Assembly: GCA_963666315.2 (NCBI GenBank)
Contig: CAXXHG010000043.1
Span: forward strand, 32,001 to 96,000
DNA from: Candidatus Binatia bacterium
GTDB taxonomy: Bacteria; Desulfobacterota; Binatia; Bin18
Reading direction: 5' to 3'
DNA: 64,000 bases
Within the stretch, counting starts at the first letter, position 1, and every line of letters begins with the position of its first letter. The position numbers were made by a program, and so were the translations under genes. The notes under the pieces are model-generated. The model had not been told where the DNA came from. It saw nothing but the letters and a program-made list of their open reading frames with translations, and did not search any database. Below, piece by piece: positions 20,001 to 29,700 of the stretch.

Positions 20001-20571
20001 TGATCTCACCTTTCTCTTCAACCAGCGGGACACGTCGGTACCCCCATTGGATACAATATTCCACGAGTTCAGACAGCGGAAAATCGTCCGCCATACGCAG
20101 GCGTAATGTCGCCGTCATGAACTCTTCTTGCGGCAAGATCCGTTGTAGCAATGCTTCAGCCGAGGTCACGAGAATAGGCGTTTCGACTGCAAGCAAATCG
20201 TACAGCCCCTCTATCTGTGCCGCTAAGACTTCATGACTCGGGGAGAGGCCTTCCGCAACTGACACATCCCAAGCGGGGTAATAGCGGACGCGTGGGGAGC
20301 GGATCCGCTCCCCACGTTCCAGAAAGAAGCGGAGATCCTCCGCAAAGGTTTCGGCATCGTTGTCTGTCGGGAGTAGACACAGCGTAGGTCGAGGCGCGTG
20401 GTCGAGGCTACGTGCAATAAAAAAGGCACGCGCAGCCCCCTTAAGTCCGGCTAGTCGGATGACATTCTGAGCAGGCTGAGCAGGTTCGGAACGAAGGAAA
20501 CGGGCCGTAGACTCAAGCGTGTCTGCCAGCGACAGGAGATTGGTCGAAGCCTGCACCTCATTCATACGCAA
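17026..20571 (-). CDS. mfd: Transcription-repair coupling factor
   Basis: UvrB-like N-terminus, GDVGYGKT, DEEHRFG, SATPIPR, QLRGRVGRS, TRCF C-terminus. Confidence 0.98.
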   Translation of the reverse strand: MRMNEVQASTNLLSLADTLESTARFLRSEPAQPAQNVIRLAGLKGAARAFFIARSLDHAPRPTLCLLPTDNDAETFAEDLRFFLERGERIRSPRVRYYPAWDVSVAEGLSPSHEVLAAQIEGLYDLLAVETPILVTSAEALLQRILPQEEFMTATLRLRMADDFPLSELVEYCIQWGYRRVPLVEEKGEISVRGGIVDLFPPLAQHPLRIEFVGDTIETMRSFDPVSQRSIDSVDEMMILPMRFFSVARLQAARRTIEEALDEREIAHREQQRIIENLKSGLSFPGVEFFLPYLYPDLEQVSEYMPRGAVVWVIDPAQQATVCVTFWDQVVASAHTALEAGRFIPAPEQCYLSVEDALGWRTAFVSVELQSLETGDADYTITSTLLTGLKAVIHTAGAEKSLAPLVGQIRRWQDEQLRVYLTVSSHRQAAHLQHLLLGYELKLPIEEHPGWQGEHDGHGAGAAILVGHLSQGFGLPADGYIFLAEEEIFGERRHRRRSRPRPVADYLTGLSQLTPGDYVVHTDHGIGCYNGLQHLRVADTEGDYLQLEYAGADKLYLPVERINLVQKYAGAGDKTPVLDRLGGQVWERVKRKTREAIQAMARELLEIHAVRESAERPALATVTSDYEEFVAQFPFEETSGQRAAIEDVLSDLQSSKPMDRLVCGDVGYGKTEVALRAAYLAVEGGKQVAVLVPTTILAQQHAETFARRFDDYPIRIELLNRFRSPQEVKTVVQGLASGVVDIVIGTHRLLQRDIVFKELGLVVVDEEHRFGVTHKEKIKKLRHLVDVLTLSATPIPRSLNMGLMGLRDLSIIETPPVDRQAIRTYVARFDDDLIRSAILQELARGGQIFFVHNRVETIEKMAVQLRELVPEALLAIAHGQMAERQLEQVMLDFMHHRVNVLLCSAIIESGLDIPTANTIIINRADHFGLAQLYQLRGRVGRSAVRAVAYLLIPGEHLLTRDAQRRLEVLQELDDLGGGFRLAAHDLEIRGAGNLLGKEQSGRVAAVGYELYAQMLEETVRELRGGEIEISIEPEIHIGLPAYLPEAYIPDVNQRLVFYKKLANIKEQSDLEDLAYEMEDRFGTLPELVVRFIEVMDLRRVLRQYLVAAVYRKADKVTLHFHTDSPIKGERLVAFIQKNSRGRKNSRGAQISPDFRLTFSLEPEEEVMEAVKTLLRDLSESC

Positions 20572-20588
20572 GCGTTGACTGGGGAGAC

Positions 20589-21680
20589 TTAGCGGCCGGC
20601 CTGCTGGGAAGCGGAGATCATGCCATACAGAGGGATGCTGAGGTGTTTTTCTTCAGGGTGGTCGGTCAGCACTTCGATCGACCCGCGAATCTTGCCCGGT
20701 GTGCTGTCGGCTTTCACGTGTAGGCTCAGTCGATATTCTTTACCCGGCGTGATCTCGGTAATCTCCGCAACGACGTTATCCAGCGAACTCGTAACCTGCA
20801 AGACGGTGACCGGTTGGGTTGATCGATTCTGAATACGAATATGCTGCGCTTTTCCAACCCCCTGCCGCACCACCCCGAACGAGACCTGCGGCGGCAGGAC
20901 CATCACATCGCCTTCGATACTGCCAAAAACCGGGATCGTAATGGTCGGCTTCTTTTTACTGGTTGTGGTGACCACAATCTGGTCGTTCAAGCGGCCCAGC
21001 TCGGCCGCTTTGGTGACCCTCACACGGAGTCTTTTTCCTTTCTTTCCACCGATCTGCACGTCTTCGATCTGCACCTTAATGGCAGGATGAGTATGGGTGA
21101 TCCCTGTTATTTTGATCGCTTTCTTCTCGTCGTATAGGACGTGCACGGTGTACGTCTCTTCCGTGCCGCTACGTAACCGGCCTACATACAATTGGGCTGG
21201 TTCAACCTCGACCTCAACCGTAACCTCGCCTCGTAAGGTCAGCGTCGTCACCGGGCTCAGCGGATCATTACTATGGACGGTAATGCTTTTGGCCTTCTCG
21301 CCGGAAAACTGGGTGGTATCAAAGGTTGCACGGATGGTCCCTTCCTTGCCGGGCGAAATCACGTCAGCCGAAATCACTGCGGCCGTACATCCACACGACG
21401 TCTTAATGGATACAACCCGCAGATCTCGATTGCCCTGATTGGCAAATCGGAACAGATGGGTCACCTGCTCTCCTTGCTCGGCCTGGCCGAAGTCGAACAC
21501 TGGCTCAGTAAAAACCATTCGTGGTCCAGCATATGCGATGGTATCGGCCCCTGCATCAGCCTGCGCGGCATGCTCCGCGGTGGACTCGGCACGAGCACCC
21601 AGTCCAAACGGACTCGCCGTCCAGACCGTTCCCGTCAGTAGCAGCAGGCTAGCAAGAATTCCAAAACGCCCCACACGCAT
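20589..21680 (-). CDS. Exported DUF1573/Ig-like repeat protein
   Basis: Signal peptide, FDFG...F.N.G...TSCGCTA...PG..G.I and repeated beta-sandwich units. Confidence 0.75.
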   Translation of the reverse strand: MRVGRFGILASLLLLTGTVWTASPFGLGARAESTAEHAAQADAGADTIAYAGPRMVFTEPVFDFGQAEQGEQVTHLFRFANQGNRDLRVVSIKTSCGCTAAVISADVISPGKEGTIRATFDTTQFSGEKAKSITVHSNDPLSPVTTLTLRGEVTVEVEVEPAQLYVGRLRSGTEETYTVHVLYDEKKAIKITGITHTHPAIKVQIEDVQIGGKKGKRLRVRVTKAAELGRLNDQIVVTTTSKKKPTITIPVFGSIEGDVMVLPPQVSFGVVRQGVGKAQHIRIQNRSTQPVTVLQVTSSLDNVVAEITEITPGKEYRLSLHVKADSTPGKIRGSIEVLTDHPEEKHLSIPLYGMISASQQAGR

Positions 21681-21691
21681 AGTTTGCCTCC

Positions 21692-23080
21692 TCAGGTCTG
21701 TCCGCTCGTACGCTTGGACTGGGGAGTGGCAAGAGCACTTGGTCGGGATAAAAATTTGTCGAGGTAGCTCGTGTGTACCTTGCCTGCCAGAAAGTCCGGA
21801 TCACGCAGTATCCGCTGGTGCAAGGGGATGTTGGTTTTGATCCCGTCAATGCGGTATTCCGACAGAGCCGCTCGCATTCGCTGTACCGCCTCATCACGGG
21901 TCTGACCACTCACAATGACCTTTGCCACTAAGGAATCATAATAAATGGGAACCGTGCTGTTTTCCATCACCCCAGATTCGACCCGTACGCCCATTCCACC
22001 CGGCTGATGATAGGCACGAATCGTCCCCGGCGAGGGCAACATGGTCAGCGGATCTTCGGCAACAACGCGGCATTCTATGGCACACCCGGAAAACACCACA
22101 TCTTTCTGTCGCCAGGGGAGCCGTTCACCAGCTGCCGAACGAATGCCGGCCTGCACCACGTCAATCCCAGTTATCATTTCTGTCACCGGATGTTCGACCT
22201 GGACCCGAGTATTCATTTCAATAAAGTAAAAATGCCGGCGAGGATCAACCAGGAACTCAATCGTGCCGACATTGGTATACCCGACCGCTTGGGCCGCTTT
22301 GACAGCCACCGCGCCCATGCGTTCGCGCAGTCGTTTCGTCAGTGCTTGAGACGGGGCCTCTTCAAGGAGTTTTTGGTAGCGACGCTGGATCGAACACTCC
22401 CGTTCACCAAGATGGATGACGTTGCGGTGTTGGTCGGCAATAATTTGGAACTCGATGTGCCGGGCCCGTTCCAAATATTTCTCGACGTAGAGCGTGCCGT
22501 TACCAAATGCGTTCTCAGCCTCCTCTTGGGCAACCGCAAACAACGCAGCCAGATCGTCACCCTTGTGTACGATGCGTAGCCCTCGACCGCCGCCTCCACC
22601 TGCAGCTTTGATCAGTACCGGGAATCCAATCTGGGCGGCCACGGCCTGGGCCTCTTTGACATCGGTAATTCCGGCAGAGGTACCGGATAAGACTGGTACG
22701 CCTGCGCGCTCCATAATCCGGCGAGCCCGGGGTTTATCCCCCATGAGACGAATATTCCGTACCCGCGGACCGACAAAAACGAGGCCCGAACGCTGACAGG
22801 CTTCGGCAAAGTCCCCGTTTTCAGACAGAAAACCGTAGCCGGGATGAACGGCGTCAGCGCCAAAAGCGAGAGCGGCGCTGACAATCGCCGAAATATTCAA
22901 ATAGCTCTCACTTGGACTCGGTGGTCCGATACAGACGCTCTCATCAGCCAGCTGCACATGCAGGGCCCCGCGATCAGCCGTAGAGTAGACGGCAACTGTG
23001 GCAATCTCCAGGGTACGACAGGCACGGATGATGCGGACCGCAATCTCGCCGCGGTTGGCAATCAAGATTTTCTTAAACAC
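21692..23080 (-). CDS. accC: Acetyl-CoA carboxylase, biotin carboxylase
   Basis: KILIANRGEIA, HPGYGFLSEN, GGGGRG, RECSIQRR, EMNTRVQVEH. Confidence 0.96.
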   Translation of the reverse strand: MFKKILIANRGEIAVRIIRACRTLEIATVAVYSTADRGALHVQLADESVCIGPPSPSESYLNISAIVSAALAFGADAVHPGYGFLSENGDFAEACQRSGLVFVGPRVRNIRLMGDKPRARRIMERAGVPVLSGTSAGITDVKEAQAVAAQIGFPVLIKAAGGGGGRGLRIVHKGDDLAALFAVAQEEAENAFGNGTLYVEKYLERARHIEFQIIADQHRNVIHLGERECSIQRRYQKLLEEAPSQALTKRLRERMGAVAVKAAQAVGYTNVGTIEFLVDPRRHFYFIEMNTRVQVEHPVTEMITGIDVVQAGIRSAAGERLPWRQKDVVFSGCAIECRVVAEDPLTMLPSPGTIRAYHQPGGMGVRVESGVMENSTVPIYYDSLVAKVIVSGQTRDEAVQRMRAALSEYRIDGIKTNIPLHQRILRDPDFLAGKVHTSYLDKFLSRPSALATPQSKRTSGQT

Positions 23081-23119
23081 GACGGTCTCGTTTCGGGAGA
23101 TCGAGCAGATTGAGCAGGG

Positions 23120-23578
23120 TTAGACTGGCTCGAGCAGAAAGAGCGCTTGACCATACTCGACGGGCTGACCGTTCTCGACCAGAACCCTGCGGACCCGCCC
23201 CTGCAGCTCAGCCTCGATCTCGTTCATCATTTTCATTGCTTCAATGATGCACACCACATCCCCTTTCTCCACCCTACCCCCCACAGCAACGAAGGGGGCA
23301 GCCTCAGGGTTAGACGCAGTGTAGAACGTTCCAACCATGGGCGAGGTAATGGTCAAGTTCGGATCCGTTTCGGTCTGCTCCGGCGCACCCGAATCGGTCG
23401 CTTGTGCGGCAGGCGTTTGGGTACTGCCTGGGTGCGACACAGCAACAGCAGCCGCCTGGGTTATGGCGTGAACGCCACGCACCAGGCGGACTTCACCGGA
23501 GCGATCTTTGAGTTCGAGCTCGATCACCCCTTTTTCTTCCATCAGCTCAATGAGCTTTTTAATCTCGTCAATCTCCAT
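23120..23578 (-). CDS. accB: Biotin carboxyl carrier protein
   Basis: [19 protein letters not shown] (biotinyl Lys). Confidence 0.96.
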   Translation of the reverse strand: MEIDEIKKLIELMEEKGVIELELKDRSGEVRLVRGVHAITQAAAVAVSHPGSTQTPAAQATDSGAPEQTETDPNLTITSPMVGTFYTASNPEAAPFVAVGGRVEKGDVVCIIEAMKMMNEIEAELQGRVRRVLVENGQPVEYGQALFLLEPV

Positions 23579-23670
23579 AGTCCCTATCTCGTAGCCCCTG
23601 CACGCATATGCAGCGTGGTGGGTTCTTCCGCCCCGCACGCTTTCTTATACACAACGACAGGGATACTCGT

Positions 23671-24129
23671 TTATGTCGCTTTTTTGAGCGTCGCCACGAC
23701 TGCCCGTAAGCCAAGCAGATAGCTGTCGACTCCAAAACCACAAATCTGTCCGACCGCCGCCCGAGCAATATACGAATGATGGCGGAACTCTTCCCGTTTA
23801 TACAGATTCGAGAGATGCACTTCGACAACGGGCAGTCCGACAGACAAAAGCGCGTCGAGCAGTGCCACACTGGTATGCGTATACGCTCCAGCGTTGATCA
23901 CCAGCGCGTCACACTGTTCCCGCGCGGCCTGTATCTTATCAACCAGTTGCCCCTCATGGTTAGACTGAAAGGTCTCGACCTCAACGCCGAGCTCGGCTGC
24001 CACCGTAGCGATCTGGGCATTCACATCCGCCAAGGTAATCGTCCCGTAAATCTCCGGCTCGCGCAGACCTAACATATTGAGGTTAGGACCGTGCAGGACA
24101 AGGATGCGGGTGGGTGCTTTTGCTTCCAT
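23671..24129 (-). CDS. aroQ: Type II 3-dehydroquinate dehydratase
   Basis: [34 protein letters not shown]. Confidence 0.97.
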   Translation of the reverse strand: MEAKAPTRILVLHGPNLNMLGLREPEIYGTITLADVNAQIATVAAELGVEVETFQSNHEGQLVDKIQAAREQCDALVINAGAYTHTSVALLDALLSVGLPVVEVHLSNLYKREEFRHHSYIARAAVGQICGFGVDSYLLGLRAVVATLKKAT

Positions 24130-24224
24130 AGCGACGTTTCTCAAAGAGGGCCGAGTGTAGGGGCAAACACCAATAGCGTCAAGGTGTTAGCACAGGTTGC
24201 GTACGTAGCCCACCGACGGACCCG

Positions 24225-25100
24225 CTAGACTGAGGTGCGCCGCAAAAAATCTCCTAGACGTCCCTCAGCTAAACGAATGTCTTCTTCATGCTTCAGCAAG
24301 AGATTGAGGCTCCGCTTGACGGCCTGCGCATCCAGCTCTTTTACCCCAAGGGCGAGCAGGGCGCGTGCCCAATCCAGGGTTTCTGCAATACTCGGAGCTT
24401 TCTTCACCTCGAGTTTCCGCAAATTGTTCACGAAGCGGGCAACCTGTCTGCGCAAGTTCTCATCCAGATCAGGGACCTTGAGAGCGATAATCTTGGCCTC
24501 CAGCTCAACCCCGGGGAAGTCGATATACAAATGCAGGCAGCGCCGCTTGAGCGCGTCTGAGAGCTCTCTCACCCGGTTGGAGGTAAGAATCACGACCGGG
24601 CGATGCACGGCGCGCACGGTTCCAAGCTCCGGAATACTCACCTGAAAATCGCTCAACAGTTCAAGCAAAAAGGCTTCAAATTCCTCGTCTGCTTTATCTA
24701 CCTCATCTATCAACAACACCACTTTTTGTGGGGCGCTGATCGCTTGCAGTAAAGGCCGCTCAAGCAGATAGTCCCGAGAAAAAATATGTTCCGAGGCGGC
24801 TTCCCAACCAAGAGCCTGGGCAGTATCGGTCTGAATCCGAAGTAGCTGTTTCTGATAATTCCACTCATATAACGCCCGTGCCTCATCAAGCCCTTCATAG
24901 CACTGCAGACGGATCAAATCGGTCTGCAGCAGTTCGGCCAAGACCTTGGCAATCTCGGTCTTGCCGACCCCGGCCGGCCCTTCAACCAGTAGGGGCTTTT
25001 CTAATACCAGCGCAAGATAGACGGCGGTCTCTACTTTCGGAACGGTGAGATACTGACACTGCCTGAGTCCGTCGTGGATAAAGTCGAGAGCAATCTCCAT
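24225..25100 (-). CDS. MoxR-family AAA+ ATPase (CoxD-like)
   Basis: GPAGVGKT, RLQCYEGLD..ALYEWNY.KQLL, LIDEVDKAD.EFEAFLLE. Confidence 0.9.
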   Translation of the reverse strand: MEIALDFIHDGLRQCQYLTVPKVETAVYLALVLEKPLLVEGPAGVGKTEIAKVLAELLQTDLIRLQCYEGLDEARALYEWNYQKQLLRIQTDTAQALGWEAASEHIFSRDYLLERPLLQAISAPQKVVLLIDEVDKADEEFEAFLLELLSDFQVSIPELGTVRAVHRPVVILTSNRVRELSDALKRRCLHLYIDFPGVELEAKIIALKVPDLDENLRRQVARFVNNLRKLEVKKAPSIAETLDWARALLALGVKELDAQAVKRSLNLLLKHEEDIRLAEGRLGDFLRRTSV

Positions 25101-25220
25101 ACACGTGATTTTCCGAGCAGGCATGCAAAAGGCAAAAGGAAAGTCTAAGGTGTTGAAGTGTACGGAAAGTTTTCGAAAACGATCAGAGAAGATTTCTCTC
25201 AAGGGTCACAGGATATGTCG

Positions 25221-25958
25221 CTATGATATCTCAATCACCATTCCGTCATGCGCACATTCGATCGACACTTCGTTCAGGCGCTCAAGCACTTCACGGCCGA
25301 TATGACTCAACACCAGCCGCTTGCAGCCCAGGCGGTGCTGCTCCTGGACGATCTTAGGATAGCTCATGTGGAAAGAGGTCTGGGTGTTAAAGTAACAGCA
25401 CTCACACACAAAGAGATCGGTTCCTTGAGAATAGCGGACTAAATCTTCATTCCAGCCACAGTCGCCTGAGTACAAAATCGCGTGGCCTTCAGCTTCTACG
25501 CGATACCCAAGGGAGATATCTTGCTCTTGATGAGGCACCCGGAAAGGAAAGAGCTGGACGCCGTGGACAGTAGCAGCCTGCCCCGGAGTAAGTTCTTGAA
25601 ACTGGATATCAAAACAACACGGCCGTTTCGCCAATTCGCGATACATGGCCTGATGAAGCGCTTGCACCCGCTCTTCGGTGCCTGCCGGCCCGACTATTGT
25701 CAGAGGCCGCGAGCGAGGGTTTTCGTATAGATATTCGAGAAAGAGAAACGGCAGACCGCCAAAGTGGTCCCCGTGCAGATGACTGATCGCGACAAAGTCA
25801 ATCCGTTCAGCGGAGATACCCAGGGATTTCACAGCAAGCAGCGTTGTCGCACCACAATCGAGCAGGAAACAGACCCGAGACGTCTCGACGAAGTAGCCAC
25901 TGTGACGTCGTCCCCCGCTGCAGAACGCATCGCCTGCGCCTAGCACTGTTACCCGCAT
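25221..25958 (-). CDS. Metallo-beta-lactamase-fold hydrolase (RNase Z-like)
   Basis: LGAGDAF.SGGR, LLDCG, SHLHGDHFGG, YSGD. Confidence 0.88.
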   Translation of the reverse strand: MRVTVLGAGDAFCSGGRRHSGYFVETSRVCFLLDCGATTLLAVKSLGISAERIDFVAISHLHGDHFGGLPFLFLEYLYENPRSRPLTIVGPAGTEERVQALHQAMYRELAKRPCCFDIQFQELTPGQAATVHGVQLFPFRVPHQEQDISLGYRVEAEGHAILYSGDCGWNEDLVRYSQGTDLFVCECCYFNTQTSFHMSYPKIVQEQHRLGCKRLVLSHIGREVLERLNEVSIECAHDGMVIEIS

Positions 25959-26081
25959 GGGTTGCCTCGTGATACCAAGAACGACTTTACTCCACAGGAA
26001 AAGCGGAGACATTCTCCGCCTGTGCATATTTAGGCCCCGCTCCCCAGTCGTTCCCTTGGTATGAATCTTATCGTGCTTGTT

Positions 26082-26315
26082 TTACTCAAACAAGGGTTCA
26101 TGGGTCCTCCCAGGCTCTAATGACACAAACCAGCCGGCCTGCTGGATTTTGGTTGTATGGATCCGACGCAGCCACGCTACCCGTACCGGTTCCGGCTGAA
26201 CCAGCCAGGACAAGGCGCGCATATCGTTGGATAGACACCGCGGGCACTCAGCATGCGCTCCCCGTTCAAAAATCTCCTGGCACGCGTAGCACAGATACGC
26301 ATTTTCAATTTTCAC
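26082..26315 (-). CDS. Small putative zinc-ribbon protein
   Basis: GTG 26315 after GGAGG; CYAC-x11-CPRC; 77 aa. Confidence 0.5.
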   Translation of the reverse strand: MKIENAYLCYACQEIFERGAHAECPRCLSNDMRALSWLVQPEPVRVAWLRRIHTTKIQQAGWFVSLEPGRTHEPLFE

Positions 26316-26585
26316 CCGGACACCCTCCCTGGACTGTATTCTATCGCCGTAAGGACCAAAAGCGAGCAAACATGAGCAAAACAAGCGCGGTCTCCTCTTC
26401 CCTTTCTTTATCGACCGGGAGGGCAAGATTTATAATTCCGACAGCCAACACGGCACGGGCTGGTCCACCTCCTTTCCTCATGCAGGATGCAGCTGGAACA
26501 ACGAGAGAGACACTTCCTGCTTGGACTTCGAACCCTACTGGAAATACCCCGCAGGTAGTAATATAGTGATCGTCCTTAGTTCATC

Positions 26586-26666
26586 TGTCTGAGGAGCGTT
26601 GCGACGGCCTAAGCATAACCCACCGGCCTGCCAGGCTCAGACACTACGCATCAGAACGGCGCTCGC
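26586..26666 (+). promoter_or_regulatory. SAH riboswitch upstream of metH
   Basis: P1 TGTCTGAG (26586-93) pairs with CTCAGACA (26636-43). Conserved GAGGAGCGTTGCGAC...CCAGGCTC...AACGGCGCTC, with pseudoknot GAGCG/CGCTC; about 110 nt upstream of metH. Confidence 0.88.
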
Positions 26667-26684
26667 TTTCCTGTTTAATAATGT

Positions 26685-26745
26685 AAACCGAAAAGCGAAA
26701 GCGACCACCAAATCGCCACTCATTTCGCTTTTCAGTTTTTCCTTG
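26685..26745 (+). terminator. Hairpin plus U-rich tract after the SAH aptamer (candidate expression platform)
   Basis: AAACCGAAAAGCGAAA (26685-700) is complementary, with one mismatch, to TTTCGCTTTTCAGTTT (26723-38), which is followed by TTCCTTGTT. Confidence 0.5.
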
Positions 26746-26777
26746 TTAAATGTTTGGAACAGGACAGGTGTTTCCAT

Positions 26778-29700
26778 ATGGGCGAGAAACAGAGAAATAA
26801 TGGCCAGGCACAACTCGAAGCCCTGCTTCAGGAACGCATTCTATTGCTCGACGGGGCCATGGGCACCATGATCCAGTCCTACCAGCTGGAAGAAGCCGAT
26901 TACCGTGGTGAACGCTTTGCCGATCACCCGTGTGATGTGAAAGGCAATAACGACCTGCTTACCTTAACTCAGCCGGACATCATCAAAGCTATTCACACCG
27001 CCTACTTTGATGCGGGCGCTGATCTTGTCGGGACCAATACCTTCAACTCGACTTCCATCGCCATGGCCGACTACCGGATGGAAGACTTGGTGTATGAACT
27101 CAATACAGCCGGTGCCGCCCTGGCGCGTGCGGTAGCGGATGATTTCGAGGAGAAAAACGCGGCCCGGCCACGCTTCGTGGTCGGTACGCTGGGCCCAACC
27201 AATCGCACTGCCTCGATCTCACCGGATGTGAATAGCCCCGGTTTTCGGAATGTCACCTATGAAGAACTGGTCGAGGCTTATAGTGAGGCGATCCGAGGCT
27301 TGGTGGACGGCGGGGCCGACATATTACTCGTCGAGACCATCTTCGATACCCTCAATGCCAAGGCGGCCCTATACGCTATCGATCAGTACTTCGATGAGCA
27401 TCAAGTGCAGCTACCGATCATGATATCCGGCACCATTACAGACCAATCCGGCCGGACCTTGACCGGTCAAACCACAGAGGCCTTCTGGAATTCGGTCAGA
27501 CATGCGAATCCACTGACGATAGGCTTGAACTGTGCCTTAGGTCCTCAGGATTTACGACAATATATTGAAGATCTTTCGGTCGTTTCGTCGATTTATATTT
27601 CGGCCCATCCGAATGCCGGACTGCCGAATGAATTCGGTGGTTATGATCTCGGTGCCGGCCCGATGGCCGAGCATATTAAAGAGTGGGCCGAATCCGGCCT
27701 TTTGAACATTGTCGGTGGCTGTTGCGGTACCACACCTGAGCATATCGCTGCCATAGGCAAGGTCATTCAAAACATATCCCCACGCAAGCGACCGGAGATC
27801 CCGCCCTACCAGCGCCTGAGTGGACTCGAAGCCTTCAATATCACACCGGATACCAACTTTGTGAATGTCGGTGAACGCACCAATGTGGCCGGATCGCCCA
27901 GATTTTTAAAACTCGTGAAAGAAGACCAGGATCTGGAAGCGGCCGTAGCGGTTGCCCGCCAACAGGTGGAGAACGGCGCGCAGGTGATCGACATCTGCAT
28001 GGACGAAGGCATGCTCGATTCCGAACAACTCATGGCCGACTTTTTAAAACTCATTGCGAGTGAACCGGACATCTCGCGCGTCCCGGTGATGATCGATTCC
28101 TCTAAGTGGACGGTGATCGAGGCGGGGCTGCGGTGCGTGCAAGGAAAATGCATCGTGAATTCGATCTCCTTGAAGGAGGGTGAAGAAAAATTCATTGCAT
28201 ACGCCAAACTCATTAAACGCTATGGGGCTGCCATGGTCGTTATGGCCTTTGATGAGCAGGGCCAAGCGGATACGACCGATCGTCGGTTAGAGGTGTGCCA
28301 GCGATCGTATGACATCCTGGTGAATCAAGTCGGTTTTTTACCGGAAGACATTATCTTTGATCCGAATATCCTTACCGTCGCGACCGGCATGGAAGAGCAT
28401 AATAACTATGCGGTCTCCTTCGTCGAGGCGACGCGACTCATTAAAGAACACCTGCCGCATGCACTCGTCAGTGGCGGATTGAGTAATGTGTCGTTCTCCT
28501 TTCGCGGCAATAACCCGGTGCGTGAAGCCATGCATGCCGCGTTTCTGTATCACGCTATCCAGGCCGGTATGGACATGGGCATCGTCAATGCGGGCCAACT
28601 CGGCATCTATGATGAGATCCCCAAAGATCTGCTCGGATATATTGAAGATGTATTACTCAATCGACGCGATGATGCCACTGATCGATTAGTGGAATTTGCC
28701 GAGACGGTCACAGGTGGGGGCAAGAAAGAAAAGAAAGTCGATCTTGAATGGCGAAAAGGTCCTGTCCGGGAACGTCTCTCGCATGCATTGGTGAAAGGCA
28801 TAGCCAATTACATTGAAGAAGATACAGAAGAGGCACGCCAACAATCTGATCGCGCGTTGCATGTCATCGAAGGACCCCTCATGGACGGCATGAACGTCGT
28901 CGGTGATCTCTTTGGTGCCGGCAAGATGTTTTTACCCCAGGTGGTAAAAAGTGCGCGTGTCATGAAAAAAGCGGTGGCCTATCTCCTGCCTTATATCGAG
29001 GCGGAAAAAGGCGACGGTGAAATAAAAAGCAACGGCAAGATCGTCATGGCGACAGTGAAAGGTGACGTGCATGACATCGGCAAGAATATTGTCGGGGTCG
29101 TATTGCAATGTAATAACTTCGAAGTCATAGACCTCGGCGTCATGGTACCGGCACAAACCATACTCGACACCGCCCGCGAACAAAAGGCCGACATCATCGG
29201 CTTAAGTGGACTCATTACGCCATCACTCGATGAGATGGTACATGTGGCAAAAGAAATGCAGCGCCAGGACTTTGCCCTACCGCTTATGATCGGTGGTGCA
29301 ACGACGTCGCGCGCGCATACCGCAGTAAAGATCGACTCTAGTTATGAACATCCGGTGATTCATGTAAAAGATGCCTCGCGTGCAGTCGGGATATCAACGC
29401 GTCTGTTAAACGTTGATATGAAAAAAGAACTCGCCGCAGAGATCCAGCAAGACTACGACATAGTACGTGAACGGCATGCGGCAAAACAAGCAAAAACGAC
29501 CTGGCTCACACTAGCCCAAGCCCGAGCGAATCGTGTGGCCATCGATTGGGATAACTATACACCACCCGTACCGCATACACTGGGCATAGAAATTTTCGAT
29601 GATTACCCGTTAGGTGAGTTGGCCGAGTATTTTGACTGGACACCGTTCTTTATTGCATGGGAACTTGCAGGTAAATTTCCACGCATCTTATGTGACGACG

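Noticed and set aside
26458-26476. Possible 16S rRNA gene fragment
   Set aside because: Similarity is limited to 19 nt and the flanks lack helix 45 (GTAACAAGGTAGCCGTA). Kept only as an extended-SD observation.
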